Positions 1 through 12,147 of a stretch of DNA of 51,213 nt are shown here, piece by piece. Within the stretch, counting starts at the first letter, position 1, and every line of letters begins with the position of its first letter. This DNA comes from Octopus bimaculoides (lineage: Eukaryota), in contig NC_069007.1 of NCBI RefSeq assembly GCF_001194135.2, positions 3,882,269 through 3,933,481 of the forward strand. The letters run 5' to 3'. Made by a program: the position numbers and the translations under genes. Below the pieces are notes generated by a model. The model made no database searches. It was not told where the DNA came from and worked only from the letters and a program-made list of their open reading frames with translations.

Positions 1-374
1 CAGCAACCACCACCGCCACCACCACCACCACCACCACCACCACAACCTACAGTAATATAATTACACTGGCAAGCAGAACCACTATGAGCCACTCTTCTGT
101 TATTCGTATCAAATAAACGAGGTGTTTATAATCAACCTGTCTATCAGGGAAGCTCATCAACCCCAATCCTCATTCCCCACCCCACCCCTCCGCCTTATCA
201 ACTACACCCGCTTCAATTAACGACATAACAAAAAGGTGTTAAAGACATGGAGCGATATGTAAATTAATACTGTACATGTGTCTGTGTGCGTACCTGTACA
301 TAAATACACACACACACACATATGTAGATTCGTGCATGTATACATCCATATAAACACACACATACATATCATGA

Positions 375-436
<62 letters not shown>

Positions 437-839
437 TNNNNNNNNNNACACACATGTAGATACATACATGGAGATATATATATATATATACACACACACA
501 TACATCATGCACATACACGCACACATGTAAGTGTACACATATGCAAACATATATACAAATATATAATTATGAAGGTATATATATATATATGTATGTATAT
601 ATGCATGCACATATACATGAAGACATATACATACATATATACGCGCGTGTGTGTGTGTGTGTATGTGTATACCCATTCGTTCCAGTTGCATGAAATTACT
701 AAATATTACTTGGCATAATAGAGAGAGAGAGAGAGAGAGATAGAGATAAACAAACAGATTTCAAAGTAACAGTGTGACAGCCAGGGAATCTGCCAGTCTT
801 ACTTCATTTACTGGTAAAGAAATACCCCAGGGTAGGCAT

Positions 840-873
<34 letters not shown>

Positions 874-1842
874 TTTTAGTGAACTGTATGTCATTTAGCA
901 GTAAAAAAAAGTACCTACCCCAGGGTGGAAATCAAATGCACACCTGTCTATACACACACTCACACATATGCACAGGTACATACACATACACATGCCGTTT
1001 ACTGAGTATGATTAGTTGTAAGAATGTACCCCAGGGTGGGGATATAATATACATCTGTATATATGCAGACACACACTATAGCATATGCATACAGACGTGC
1101 AGACACAGTATTACAGATACACATAGANNNNNNNNNNNNNNNNNNNNNNNNNNNNNNNNNNNNNNNNNNNNNNNNNNNNNNNNNNNNNNNNNNNNNNNNN
1201 NNNNNNNNNNNNNNNNNNNNNNNNNNNNNNNNNNNNNNNNNNNNNNNNNNNNNNNNNNNNNNNNNNNNNNNNNNNNNNNNNNNNNNNNNNNNNNNNNNNN
1301 NNNNNNNNNNNNNNNNNNNNNNNNNNNNNNNNNNNNNNNNNNNNNNNNNNNNNNNNNNNNNNNNNNNNNNNNNNNNNNNNNNNNNNNNNNNNNNNNNNNN
1401 NNNNNNNNNNNNNNNNNNNNNNNNNNNNNNNNNNNNNNNNNNNNNNNNNNNNNNNNNNNNNNNNNNNNNNNNNNNNNNNNNNNNNNNNNNNNNNNNNNNN
1501 NNNNNNNNNNNNNNNNNNNNNNNNNNNNNNNTTCTTGAAGTTTCATAATGCCTTTGTAGTGATAGAGATGGTGGTGGTCGTGGTGGTGATGGTCGTGGTG
1601 GTGATGGTCGTGGTGGTGATGGTCGTGGTGGTGATGGTCGTGGTGGTGATGGTGGTGGTGAGTTTGTTCACGATGATCATACCACACAGGTGCAGGTGCA
1701 TGGTAAGAAGCTTGCTTTTCAACCGCTTGGTTTCAAGTTCAGTCCCACTGTGTGGCACCTTGATTGTCGTGCATATAAAGTCTTTGGATGCTGATCAGGG
1801 GATGAAGAATGGCAATAAAAAATGAAACGGCTGGATTCTTAC

Positions 1843-2008
1843 CTTCGCTTCCGTCAAAGTCTTTGTGTCCTCCGGGAGACGGCAGCAAAAACAGAGCAGG
1901 GCAGGTGTTGTTTGTACATGTGAAGACATCTCGGATGTTGTAATTTTCCTTGGTCGGAATCACATTGCCAAGTTGACTGATCACTAATGCATAGCATACC
2001 TCACTGAG
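1843..2008 (-). CDS. Dynein HC exon 34 (start of AAA6)
   Basis: tag/gtaaga; LSEVCYALVISQLGNVIPTKENYNIRDVFTCTNNTCPALFLLPSPGG...; phase 0-1. Confidence 0.9.
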
Positions 2009-2068
2009 CTATCAGAAAAGAAAAATATACATATATACATACATATATATATACATACATATATATAC

Positions 2069-2099
<31 letters not shown>

Positions 2100-4119
2100 T
2101 TTATGAGGGAGTTGTGAAAAGTTCCTGGCTCTGGGTAAAAGAAAATACAGGAGGATCAGTTAATTATGATTTTATTCAACATATTCTCCTCTCAGATTCA
2201 CACATTTATTGCAGCAGTCCTTCAGTTTTTCTTATCCCTGTAAAAGAACTCAGATGGTTGGGCCTCCAGCCAGGCCTTTCGTGATACCCTTAAAGCCAGG
2301 AACTTTCTAGCACCCCCTTGTGTGTATGTGTGCGTGTGTGCGTGTGTGTGTGTATATATATATATATAAGCAAAACATTCAAATGCTGAGATTTGAAATC
2401 ATATGTCACTACTGTTCATATCATCTGTGGATAAATTTTAAAATTGATGACATCACCAACAGTGACATAGGTGGATCGCAGATGTAATAGCATTATACAG
2501 CTATGAATTATAAATTTGCATGAAGTGTAGTGATGCTTAAGAAGCATCTACCTGCTAGAAATAAGAGCTAAAGTCTAAAATTAATCCACCGTACCGCACC
2601 AAGATAACAGAGAAAAACAGTATACAATAGGCTTCTTTCAGTTTCCATCTACCAAATCCACTCACAAGGCTTTGGTTGGCCTGAGGCTATAGTAGAAGAC
2701 ACTTGCCCAAGGTGCCACGCAGTGGGACTGAACCTAGTTGGTGTTTGCCCCTTGCCACCAGCTGGTGTTGGTTTGTTTATATCCTCTTAGCAGTTCGGCA
2801 AAAGAGACTGCTAGAATAAATACCAGGCTTAAAAATAAACAAAAAAAAAAACAAAATGTAGTGGAGTTGATTCGTTCAACTAAGACCCTACAAGGTGGTG
2901 CTCCAGCATGGCCACAGTCAAATGACTGAAACAACTAAAAGAGGAATACATACTCTGCCTAACACCTGTTAAAGTAAGAAGAAATCACTCGTTAACCTGA
3001 AATAACTTTTGCTAATTATAATGACGACGATGATGATGATGGTGTTGATGGCACAAGGATGGATTCCTGAACCAAAAGTGAAAGAAATGGAATGAAATGC
3101 TTACTTACTCTCTCAGGACAACAGAACTTCCACAGAATCGCTCTTTGGAACACAGTCAAGTGTTTCAGATTTTCTTCGGGAACTTGATTCACAAGAACAC
3201 TGGGATTCTACGAAGAGAAAGAAGAACAGAGATGATTTTTTGGGGGGAAGGATGGGAGGATGGGGTANNNNNNNNNNNNNNNNNNNNNNNNNNNNTTTCT
3301 CTTTCTTTGAGCGAAAATAGAAAAACTAACAATCTGAAAAGGAAACGCACGCACGTGTGCATACATGCGATGTACACACACACACACACACACACACACA
3401 TAGTCAATTACAATGACCTCAGCACTCAACTTGCATTTCATTTATCGACCCCGAAAAGATGAAAGGCAAAGTTGACCTCGGCGGAATTTGAACTCAGAAC
3501 GTAAAGTAATAATCCTAAGGTGACCAGCTGGCTGAAACGTTAGCACACTGAGCGAAATGCTTTGTGGTATTTCGTCTGTCTTTACATTCTGAGTTCAAAT
3601 TCCGCCGAGGTTAACTTTGCTGTTCATCCTTTCGGGGTCGATAAATTAAGTACCAGTTGCATACTAGGATTCATCTTATCAACTGGCCCCATCCCCAAAA
3701 AGTTTCGGGCCTTGTGCCTAGAGTAGAAAAGAATAATAATAATAATCCTTTCTACTGGAAGCACACGACCTCAAACTCTGGGGGAAGGGATTAAGTCGAT
3801 TACATTGACCTCAGGGTACTTATTTAATTGGCCCCGAAAGGATGAAAGGCAAAGTCAACCTTAGCAGAATTTGAACTCAGAATATGAAGACAGGCAAAAT
3901 GCTATTAAGCATCTTGCCCGGCGTGCTAACGATTCTGCCAGCTCATTACCTTAATAATAATAGTAATAATAATTAGGCACCGTACACATCCTTCGTAAAA
4001 AACACTTTCAATACAGTAGCCATAAGAGCATCACAACAAACCACAGTACATACCCAAGGCACACAGAGCTGTGCTTGGTAGTGAAGTGAAAGCACGTTAT
4101 AAAAATAAAACTACTGAAC

Positions 4120-4191
<72 letters not shown>

Positions 4192-5290
4192 CTTTTCTAC
4201 TATAGGTTTGAAATTTGGCAGGGAGGAGATTACATTAACCCTAATGATTGACTGCTACATATTTCATTGACCCCAAATAAATAAATAATAATAATAATAA
4301 TGATAATACTAATAACGATGATGATGATTGTGATAATGAATGATAATTATAATTTCCTTCCTCCATAATGCAATTTGCCAACTTTCTGCTTTCTAATTCC
4401 AACATTGTAGAAATTCTTGTTTTAGAAATATTCTTAACTTCAAGGTGGAGATGATGGTGTGGGTGGTGCTGGTGCTGGTGATGGTGGTAGTGGCTGTTGT
4501 TGTTGTTGTTGTGGTGGTGGTGTTTAGTAACTGAAGGAGGGTTGGCAGTAGTATTTGTGGTTAAGGTTTCCAGGTATATTGTTTCACAACCTTGACCTTT
4601 GCACCTGACACCACCACTAACGCCGCCACCGCCGCCACTAGCATCACCGCCATCTTCATTGGAGTCACCACTACCATCATCGTGGCCATCCCCGCTAACA
4701 TCCTCTCCATCATGATTCTCACCTCCACCACCTCTATGATTGTTGTCACCATGACCATCACTACCAGCACCTGGTAGTGATTCTTACAAGCACCACCACC
4801 ATCATTTTCCCACCACCACTACCACACACACACCAACACAACTTGTGTCTATTCCAGTTGGACAAAAGCCAGTTGAATATTTTTATTTTAATAACCAAAA
4901 CAGCTCTGATGGAAATGATGACGATGACGACAACGACGACGATGGAGAGACGGGTGGGTGATGGTGACGATGATGATGGTGATGGTGGTGGTTGTGGCAA
5001 TGACAGTCGATGGTCATGATGATGATGATGATGATGATGGGGGGAAAAAAACAAAAGGAATGTGAACAATGAGAAGAGCAACAAGAAGAAATCCACAATT
5101 TGGCAGAAGACCAAACATCCCATAAGAGAGAGAGAGAGAGAGAGAGAGGGGGGGTATAGGTTGGATGTACTGCATTGGTCACAGGATATTACTGGTACCA
5201 AGTTTATTGACCAAAGCCAACCGACCTAGGTGGATATGGATTTAGAATATAAAGCAGGAAGAAATACCTCGACGCAGCCAGCCAGCCACC

Positions 5291-5325
<35 letters not shown>

Positions 5326-7916
5326 CCTTTCTGCTNNNNNNNNNNNNNNNNNNNNNNNNNNNNNNNNNNNNNNNNNNNNNNNNNNNNNNNNNNNNNNNNN
5401 NNNNNNNNNNNNNNNNNNNNNNNNNNNNNNNNNNNNNNNNNNNNNNNNNNNNNNNNNNNNNNNNNNNNNNNNNNNNNNNNNNNNNNNNNNNNNNNNNNNN
5501 NNNNNNNNNNNNNNNNNNNNNNNNNNNNNNNNNNNNNNNNNNNNNNNNNNNNNNNNNNNNNNNNNNNNNNNNNNNNNNNNNNNNNNNNNNNNNNNNNNNN
5601 NNNNNNNNNNNNNNNNNNNNNNNNNNNNNNNNNNNNNNNNNNNNNNNNNNNNNNNNNNNNNNNNNNNNNNNNNNNNNNNNNNNNNNNNNNNNNNNNNNNN
5701 NNNNNNNNNNNNNNNNNNNNNNNNNNNNNNNNNNNNNNNNNNNNNNNNNNNNNNNNNNNNNNNNNNNNNNNNNNNNNNNNNNNNNNNNNNNNNNNNNNNN
5801 NNNNNNNNNNNNNNNNNNNNNNNNNNNNNNNNNNNNNNNNNNNNNNNNNNNNNNNNNNNNNNNNNNNNNNNNNNNNNNNNNNNNNNNNNNNNNNNCTCCG
5901 TACTCGAAAATGGGGAGTTCTGTAAAAAAAACAAAACCAAAAACGAAAGGGGGTGCGGTCCATATTCTTTAAGTCGGCCGGCGAAATCAATAGAGATTCC
6001 ACAATCATAATAGATCGTGGTATTACTCAATGTCTGGTCAGCCGTGCCAAATCGCCAGCCTCCAATCGGCGAGCTGGCAGAATCGTTAGCACGCCGGGCG
6101 AAATGCTTAGCAGTACTTCGTCTGCCGTTACGTTCTGAGTTCAAATTAATGAGTACTGGAGTGCCTTAGCATGGTCGCAGTCTAATGACTATGACAAAAA
6201 AAAAAAAAAATACACAAGAAGTAACCTCCCTTGAATGAGAAATTTTATTGAAGTGTAACCTCCCTTAAATGAGGAATTTTAATGAAGAGTAACCTCCCTT
6301 ATAGGCGAAAGCCGTCTATTTCAGTGCTTCTCAAACTATGGCGCACCGGCGGCTGATTTTATTTCCAGGGACCGGTAATATTTCTTCGTAATATTAATTT
6401 ATACCGAAATCAATATGTATAAGGGATATAATAAAAGTTGACAATGTTTTTTATCTGATATTTATTTTGTAAACAAATAATACAATATTGCATTGTTACT
6501 CCACAGACACGTGTACCCTTAACGTAGTTCTCGGGGGATATTCAGCGTGACACAGTGTGACAAGGCTGACCCTTTGAATTACAGGCACAACAGAAACAGG
6601 AAGGAAGAATGAGAGAAAGTTGTGGTGGAAGAGTACAGCAGGGTTCGCCACCATCGCCTGTCGGAGCCTCGTGGAGCTTTTAGGTGTTTTCGCTCAATAA
6701 ACACTCACAACGCTCGGTCTGGGAATCGAAACCGCGAGTCCGCTGCCCTAACCACAGGGCCATTGCACCTCCACACAATATTGCATAAGCATTTTATAAA
6801 CATGTTATAATGTTTCTGGAAACTCGCCGCGTACCGGCAGCCGATGATGGCTCACGGATGGAGACCGGTCCACAGACAACCATTTTGAGTAGCACTGGTC
6901 TACTTCACATAACATTTTACCCAGAGCGCTCTGGGTAAAATGCTATATTTTCTGGCTTACAACTCGACATTGTATACAGGGTGAATATGTGGCGTAAACA
7001 TTCTGGGTCCCATTGTATTTCAAAGGAATTTTTGGTCTTCCAAAGTCATCTTGGTGCCTTGAGATGAATTCCCTGTTTTGGCTGGAAATTTGGGTCTGAA
7101 AAATTCGACTTGTATTTTTTATTACCTTTCACTTGTTTCAGTCATTGGACTGTGGCCATGCTGGGGCACCTGGTTGAAGAATTTTTAGTCAAATAAATCG
7201 ATCGCAGTATTTTGTTTTTTTAAAAGCTTAGTATTTATTCTATTGGTGTCTTTTGTTGAACCACTAAGTTATTGGGGACGTAAACGCATCCTTTGATTAC
7301 TGCTTTATTCTGGCAGACCCTCATAGCCATTCCATGTTTAAAAACTAGTTTTATGGATAATTCCTTCAAAATCAGCTAACCTATAGAAAATGCCAGAGAA
7401 AGAAACTGAAATGTTTCTTGCAATAAATACATCAAAAACAAAATTCTTTCATGGCGCCATAAGATACTACTGTGGACCCTATTTTGCTTGAGTGACCCCT
7501 CCCCTAATTCTTATATGGATCCCAAGGGGTCATATGAATTCTGGCTGATAACCAGTGATTTAGAGTTTACTTACCTTAAAATATTCTGGCCATTTTTTGT
7601 CAGCTTGGTCAGTGGTCAAGTATTCAAGGAGGTTCGAGAAGGCATCGATTGATTTCTCCAAAAGGAAACATTTCAGCCAACCCTGAAACAGAAAGCATTA
7701 CAAGGCGACATTGTCATACAATTCATTCCATTATTCATTCACACACAATAAGACCGGTGAGCTGACTCGTTTGTCTTTATGTTCTGAGTTCAAATTCTGC
7801 TGAGGCCAACATCGCTACTCATCCATTTAGGGTCAATAAAAATAGGAACCAGTTGAACACTAGGGTCAATACAATCGACTTGCTGCCTCCCCTGAAATTG
7901 CTGGCCTTGTGCCAAA

Positions 7917-8000
<84 letters not shown>

Positions 8001-10986
8001 GAGTGAGAGAGTGGCACTTTTCGATTGTAAATTTTATTGTATGAAAGACTAACAGTTATTATAGAATTTTGTACTTATTTAAAGTGAAATTAAGTATAAA
8101 ATTTACCCTTAAGAAGATAGCTTTTTGTCTTTTGCCCATTTGGCATACACATCCATGTAACCCTTTTCACCCATTTCAGGTTTAAACTGGCCGGAGGCAT
8201 GGAGGTGTATGTAAAACTATGAATCTGTGGATGAAAACTAGTTGTTTAGCCAAGTTACTTACACTAGAAGTCAGGGGGTGATTTGTGGGTCAAACAACAA
8301 CTAGCTGTGTGGTACAGATTAGGACTAATCTAGATTAGTTAGATTAGGACTAATCTAGGGTGAAATAACAACAACTACAAAAACTTTTATGAAAGAACCC
8401 ACCTCTTTTGAGATCCACCCAGGTTTGTCAGGAAGTACCCTTTCAATGGCCTCTAAATCTTCTGAATTGAATTCATATAAAAAGACACCGATCTCGTCAG
8501 TGGTTGCTGCACTGGATAAATGAAATGTCTCCAACACAACAAGGAGGTAAAATAACTGAAGGTGTTGCTCAAACATCATTCTTGTTAGGTGTTCAAATAT
8601 GGCTGTTGTGGTCACCACTGACAGTTCGTTGGCCCTTAATTTCATTTCCTGGGCACTGAAACCTGAAACATAAAAGGAAAAGCAATGGTTTTTTTTTTTT
8701 TGCAATTAGATTTTAAAAAATTCTTTATCCTCATCATCATTTAACATCTGCTTTCCATGCTGGCATGGGTTAGATGGTTTCACTGTAACTAGTCTGATAT
8801 TAGCTTGGTTTCTATGGTTGGGTGCCCTTCCTACCACCAACCATTCCAAGAGTGTAATGGGTCCCTTTTATGTGTCACAGGCACAGGTGCCTTTTACGTG
8901 TCACCAGCACTGTCCATGTCTACTGTTTCACTTGGCTTGATGAGTTTTCTTCTCAAGAACAGCAAATTGCCAAAAGTCTCAATCACCTGTCATTGCCTCT
9001 GTGAAACCCAACATCTCAAAATCACACTTCACCACATCATCCCATGTCTTCCTGGGTCTACCTCTTCCACAGGTTCAGGTTCCCTCCACCATTAGAGACT
9101 GGCACTTCTTTACACAGCTGATTTCATCCTTATGCATCACATGACCATACCAGCGCAGTCATCTCTCTTGCACACCACAGCGGATGCCTCTTATGCTCAA
9201 TTTTTCTCTCAAGACACACACCATCCCTTTCGTCTCTCTTACTATTATTTATTACCGTTATTTATTTCCCCTATTAAAACTTGCAAATATCCACTTCCTC
9301 GTCATTGGAATAATGTTTGCCTTTCAAACCCTCTTTCATGGGGCCGAAAATTATTCCAGTGATGATGATAGTCCAATGACGAGGAAGTGAAAACTGTAGT
9401 GAAGAAGTGGCTCAAAGGACAGTCAACAGAATTTTACGGGGCAGGGATACATTCTCTCATTCGAAGGTGGAACATTGCTATTGAGAGAAACGGTGACTAT
9501 GTTGAGAAGTAGGGATGTGATCCACAGAGGACCAGCTTCATTTTGATGTATGATACATGTTCCTGTGTTGGTAATTATACCTGTCATAAACAAAATGGCA
9601 TTACTTTTTGACTCACCCTCGTACAAAGAGAGAAAATGTTATGAGAATGCACCTAGGGTTAGATGATGAGTGACCTGGAAGTAAACAACAGTCCACACCC
9701 ATTCCAAAGCTAACAACAACAACAACAAAAAACCGTACCCCTGTCACAACGACGTAGCGCTCCTACAAATATCTTCAGGAACATGTCGAATGAGATGTAA
9801 TAGCATTCGTTCAGTTTGGGGAGGTGTTCAAAAGCTGCATAGATGGTGGCTGCTTTTATCACCATGGGTGCGTAGGGCTGACACAACTCTTTCAGCTGCT
9901 CATCATCACTGTTGCATGTCTCGATGATGATCTGCCGATTCTTCTCCATCTTTCTGTTACAGGCCAGCAGGGACTCTAATATGTCTTTGTCCTCAATAAG
10001 TGGGCCTTCCAGATTCATGGTCTTCTCTCTGAATAAAGCCTGTAAAAATATAAATAAAAGCATATACATATATATATATATATATGTATGTATATATATN
10101 NNNNNNNNNNNNNNNNNNNNNNNNNNNNNNNNNNNNNNNNNNNNNNNNNNNNNNNNNNNNNNNNNNNNNNNNNNNNNNNNNNNNNNNNNNNNNNNNNNNN
10201 NNNNNNNNNNNNNNNNNNNNNAGTCTCCACATCAGAGTGGCTGTTCCTTGTTTCTGCTAGTTTAACCCCAGGCAGATCTTCTGCCAGCTGGTTATCAGTG
10301 TGACGTGGCACCCTTTATATACAATATATGTTGCTAGTAAGAGGAGCGAACCCCTACCATCCTCTAAGCAGATAACAAGATTGTGAGACTGACTCAGTTT
10401 CAATCTATTTAGCTCATCCTCAGTTGCAAGCACCTGGCTGCCAGAGCAATGACCAAAGTCTGCTCCAGCCAGCAATATATTGTAAACAAAGTGACCATCG
10501 GTCACTGATTTTCAACAAGCATATATATATATATATATACATATATATATGTAGGCACAGGAGTGGCTGTGTGGTAAGTAGCTTGCTTACCAACCACATA
10601 GTTCTGGGTTCAGTCCCACTGCATGGCACCTTGGGCAAGTGTCTTCTACTATAGCCTTGGGCCAACCAAAGCCATGTGAGTAGATTTGATTGACAGAAAC
10701 TGAAAGAAGCCTGTCGTATATATGTATATATATATTTATGTGTGTGTATAATGTGTCTGTGTTTGTCCGCCCCTCCCCCAACACCGCTTGACAACCGATG
10801 GTGGTGTGTTTACATCCCTGTAATATAGCGGTTCGGCAAAAGAGACTGATATAATAAGTACTAGGCTTAAAAAGAATAAGTCCTGGGGTCGATTTGATTC
10901 GACTAAAGGCGGTGCTCAAGCATGGCCGCAGTCAAATGACTGAAACAAGTAAAATAATATATTTGTGTGTGTGTGTATATATATAT

Positions 10987-11018
<32 letters not shown>

Positions 11019-12101
11019 GGAGACACACACACTCACATGTGCATATGCGCACACACTCAGTTTCTGTTTGCCAAATCCCTTTACAAAGTTTTGGTCTGTC
11101 CACTGCTTTAGAAGAAGACACNNNNNNNNNNNNNNNNNNNNNNNNNNNNNNNNNNNNNNNNNNNNNNNNNNNNNNNNNNNNNNNNNNNNNNNNNNNNNNN
11201 NNNNNNNNNNNNNNNNNNNNNNNNNNNNNNNNNNNNNNNNNNNNNNNNNNNNNNNNNNNNNNNNNNNNNNNNNNNNNNNNNNNNNNNNNNNNNNNNNNNN
11301 NNNNNNNNNNNNNNNNNNNNNNNNNNNNNNNNNNNNNNNNNNNNNNNNNNNNNNNNNNNNNNNNNNNNNNNNNNNNNNNNNNNNNNNNNNNNNNNNNNNN
11401 NNNNNNNNNNNNNNNNNNNNNNNNNNNNNNNNNNNNNNNNNNNNNNNNNNNNNNNNNNNNNNNNNNNNNNNNNNNNNNNNNNNNNNNNNNNNNNNNNNNN
11501 NNNNNNNNNNNNNNNNNNNNNNNNNNNNNNNNNNNNNNNNNNNNNNNNNNNNNNNNNNNNNNNNNNNNNNNNNNNNNNNNNNNNNNNNNNNNNNNNNNNN
11601 NNNNNNNNNNNNNNNNNNNNNNNNNNNNNNNNNNNNNNNNNNNNNNNNNNNNNNNNNNNNNNNNNNNNNNNNNNNNNNNNNNNNNNNNNNNNNNNNNNNN
11701 NNNNNNNNNNNNNNNNNNNNNNNNNNNNNNNNNNNNNNNNNNNNNNNNNNNNNNNNNNNNNNNNNNNNNNNNNNNNNNNNNNNNNNNNNNNNNNNNNNNN
11801 NNNNNNNNNNNNNNNNNNNNNNNNNNNNNNNNNNNNNNNNNNNNNNNNNNNNNNNGTAGGATGAGTGCAGTGCCCAGTAGTGCAATTTTATGTATGTTAT
11901 ATATATTTGTAAGTCCTGGTGTTTTTGTTATGTATTTGTCTGAATATTTTTTTGTTATACCTAAGGCACCTACTATGATAGGAATTGTTTCTGTTTTTAG
12001 ATTCCACATTCGAGTTACCTCTATTTCCAGGTCTTTGTATTTTGAAAGTTTCTCCATTTCTTTTAGGGAAACATTGTCATCTGCTGGTATTATTATCATC
12101 A

Positions 12102-12147
<46 letters not shown>

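Noticed and set aside
60-200. Possible next dynein exon (VDYKHLVYLIRITEEW...)
   Set aside because: No phase-1 acceptor gives an open frame, and no AAA6 motif is recognised.
217-718. His/Tyr/Ile- or Cys/Val-rich ORFs (also 29461-30111, 25474-25719)
   Set aside because: Translations of (CA)n/(TA)n microsatellites.
6221-6300. 34-bp x2.5 tandem repeat (also short duplications at 13661, 44851, 49458 and the ~105-bp imperfect repeat at 810-1040)
   Set aside because: Ordinary local slippage duplications with no further structure.
10257-10505. 82-aa ORF as the missing dynein exon
   Set aside because: No expected AAA5 motif, poor acceptor and wrong phase; the region looks like a repeat carrying a hammerhead remnant.
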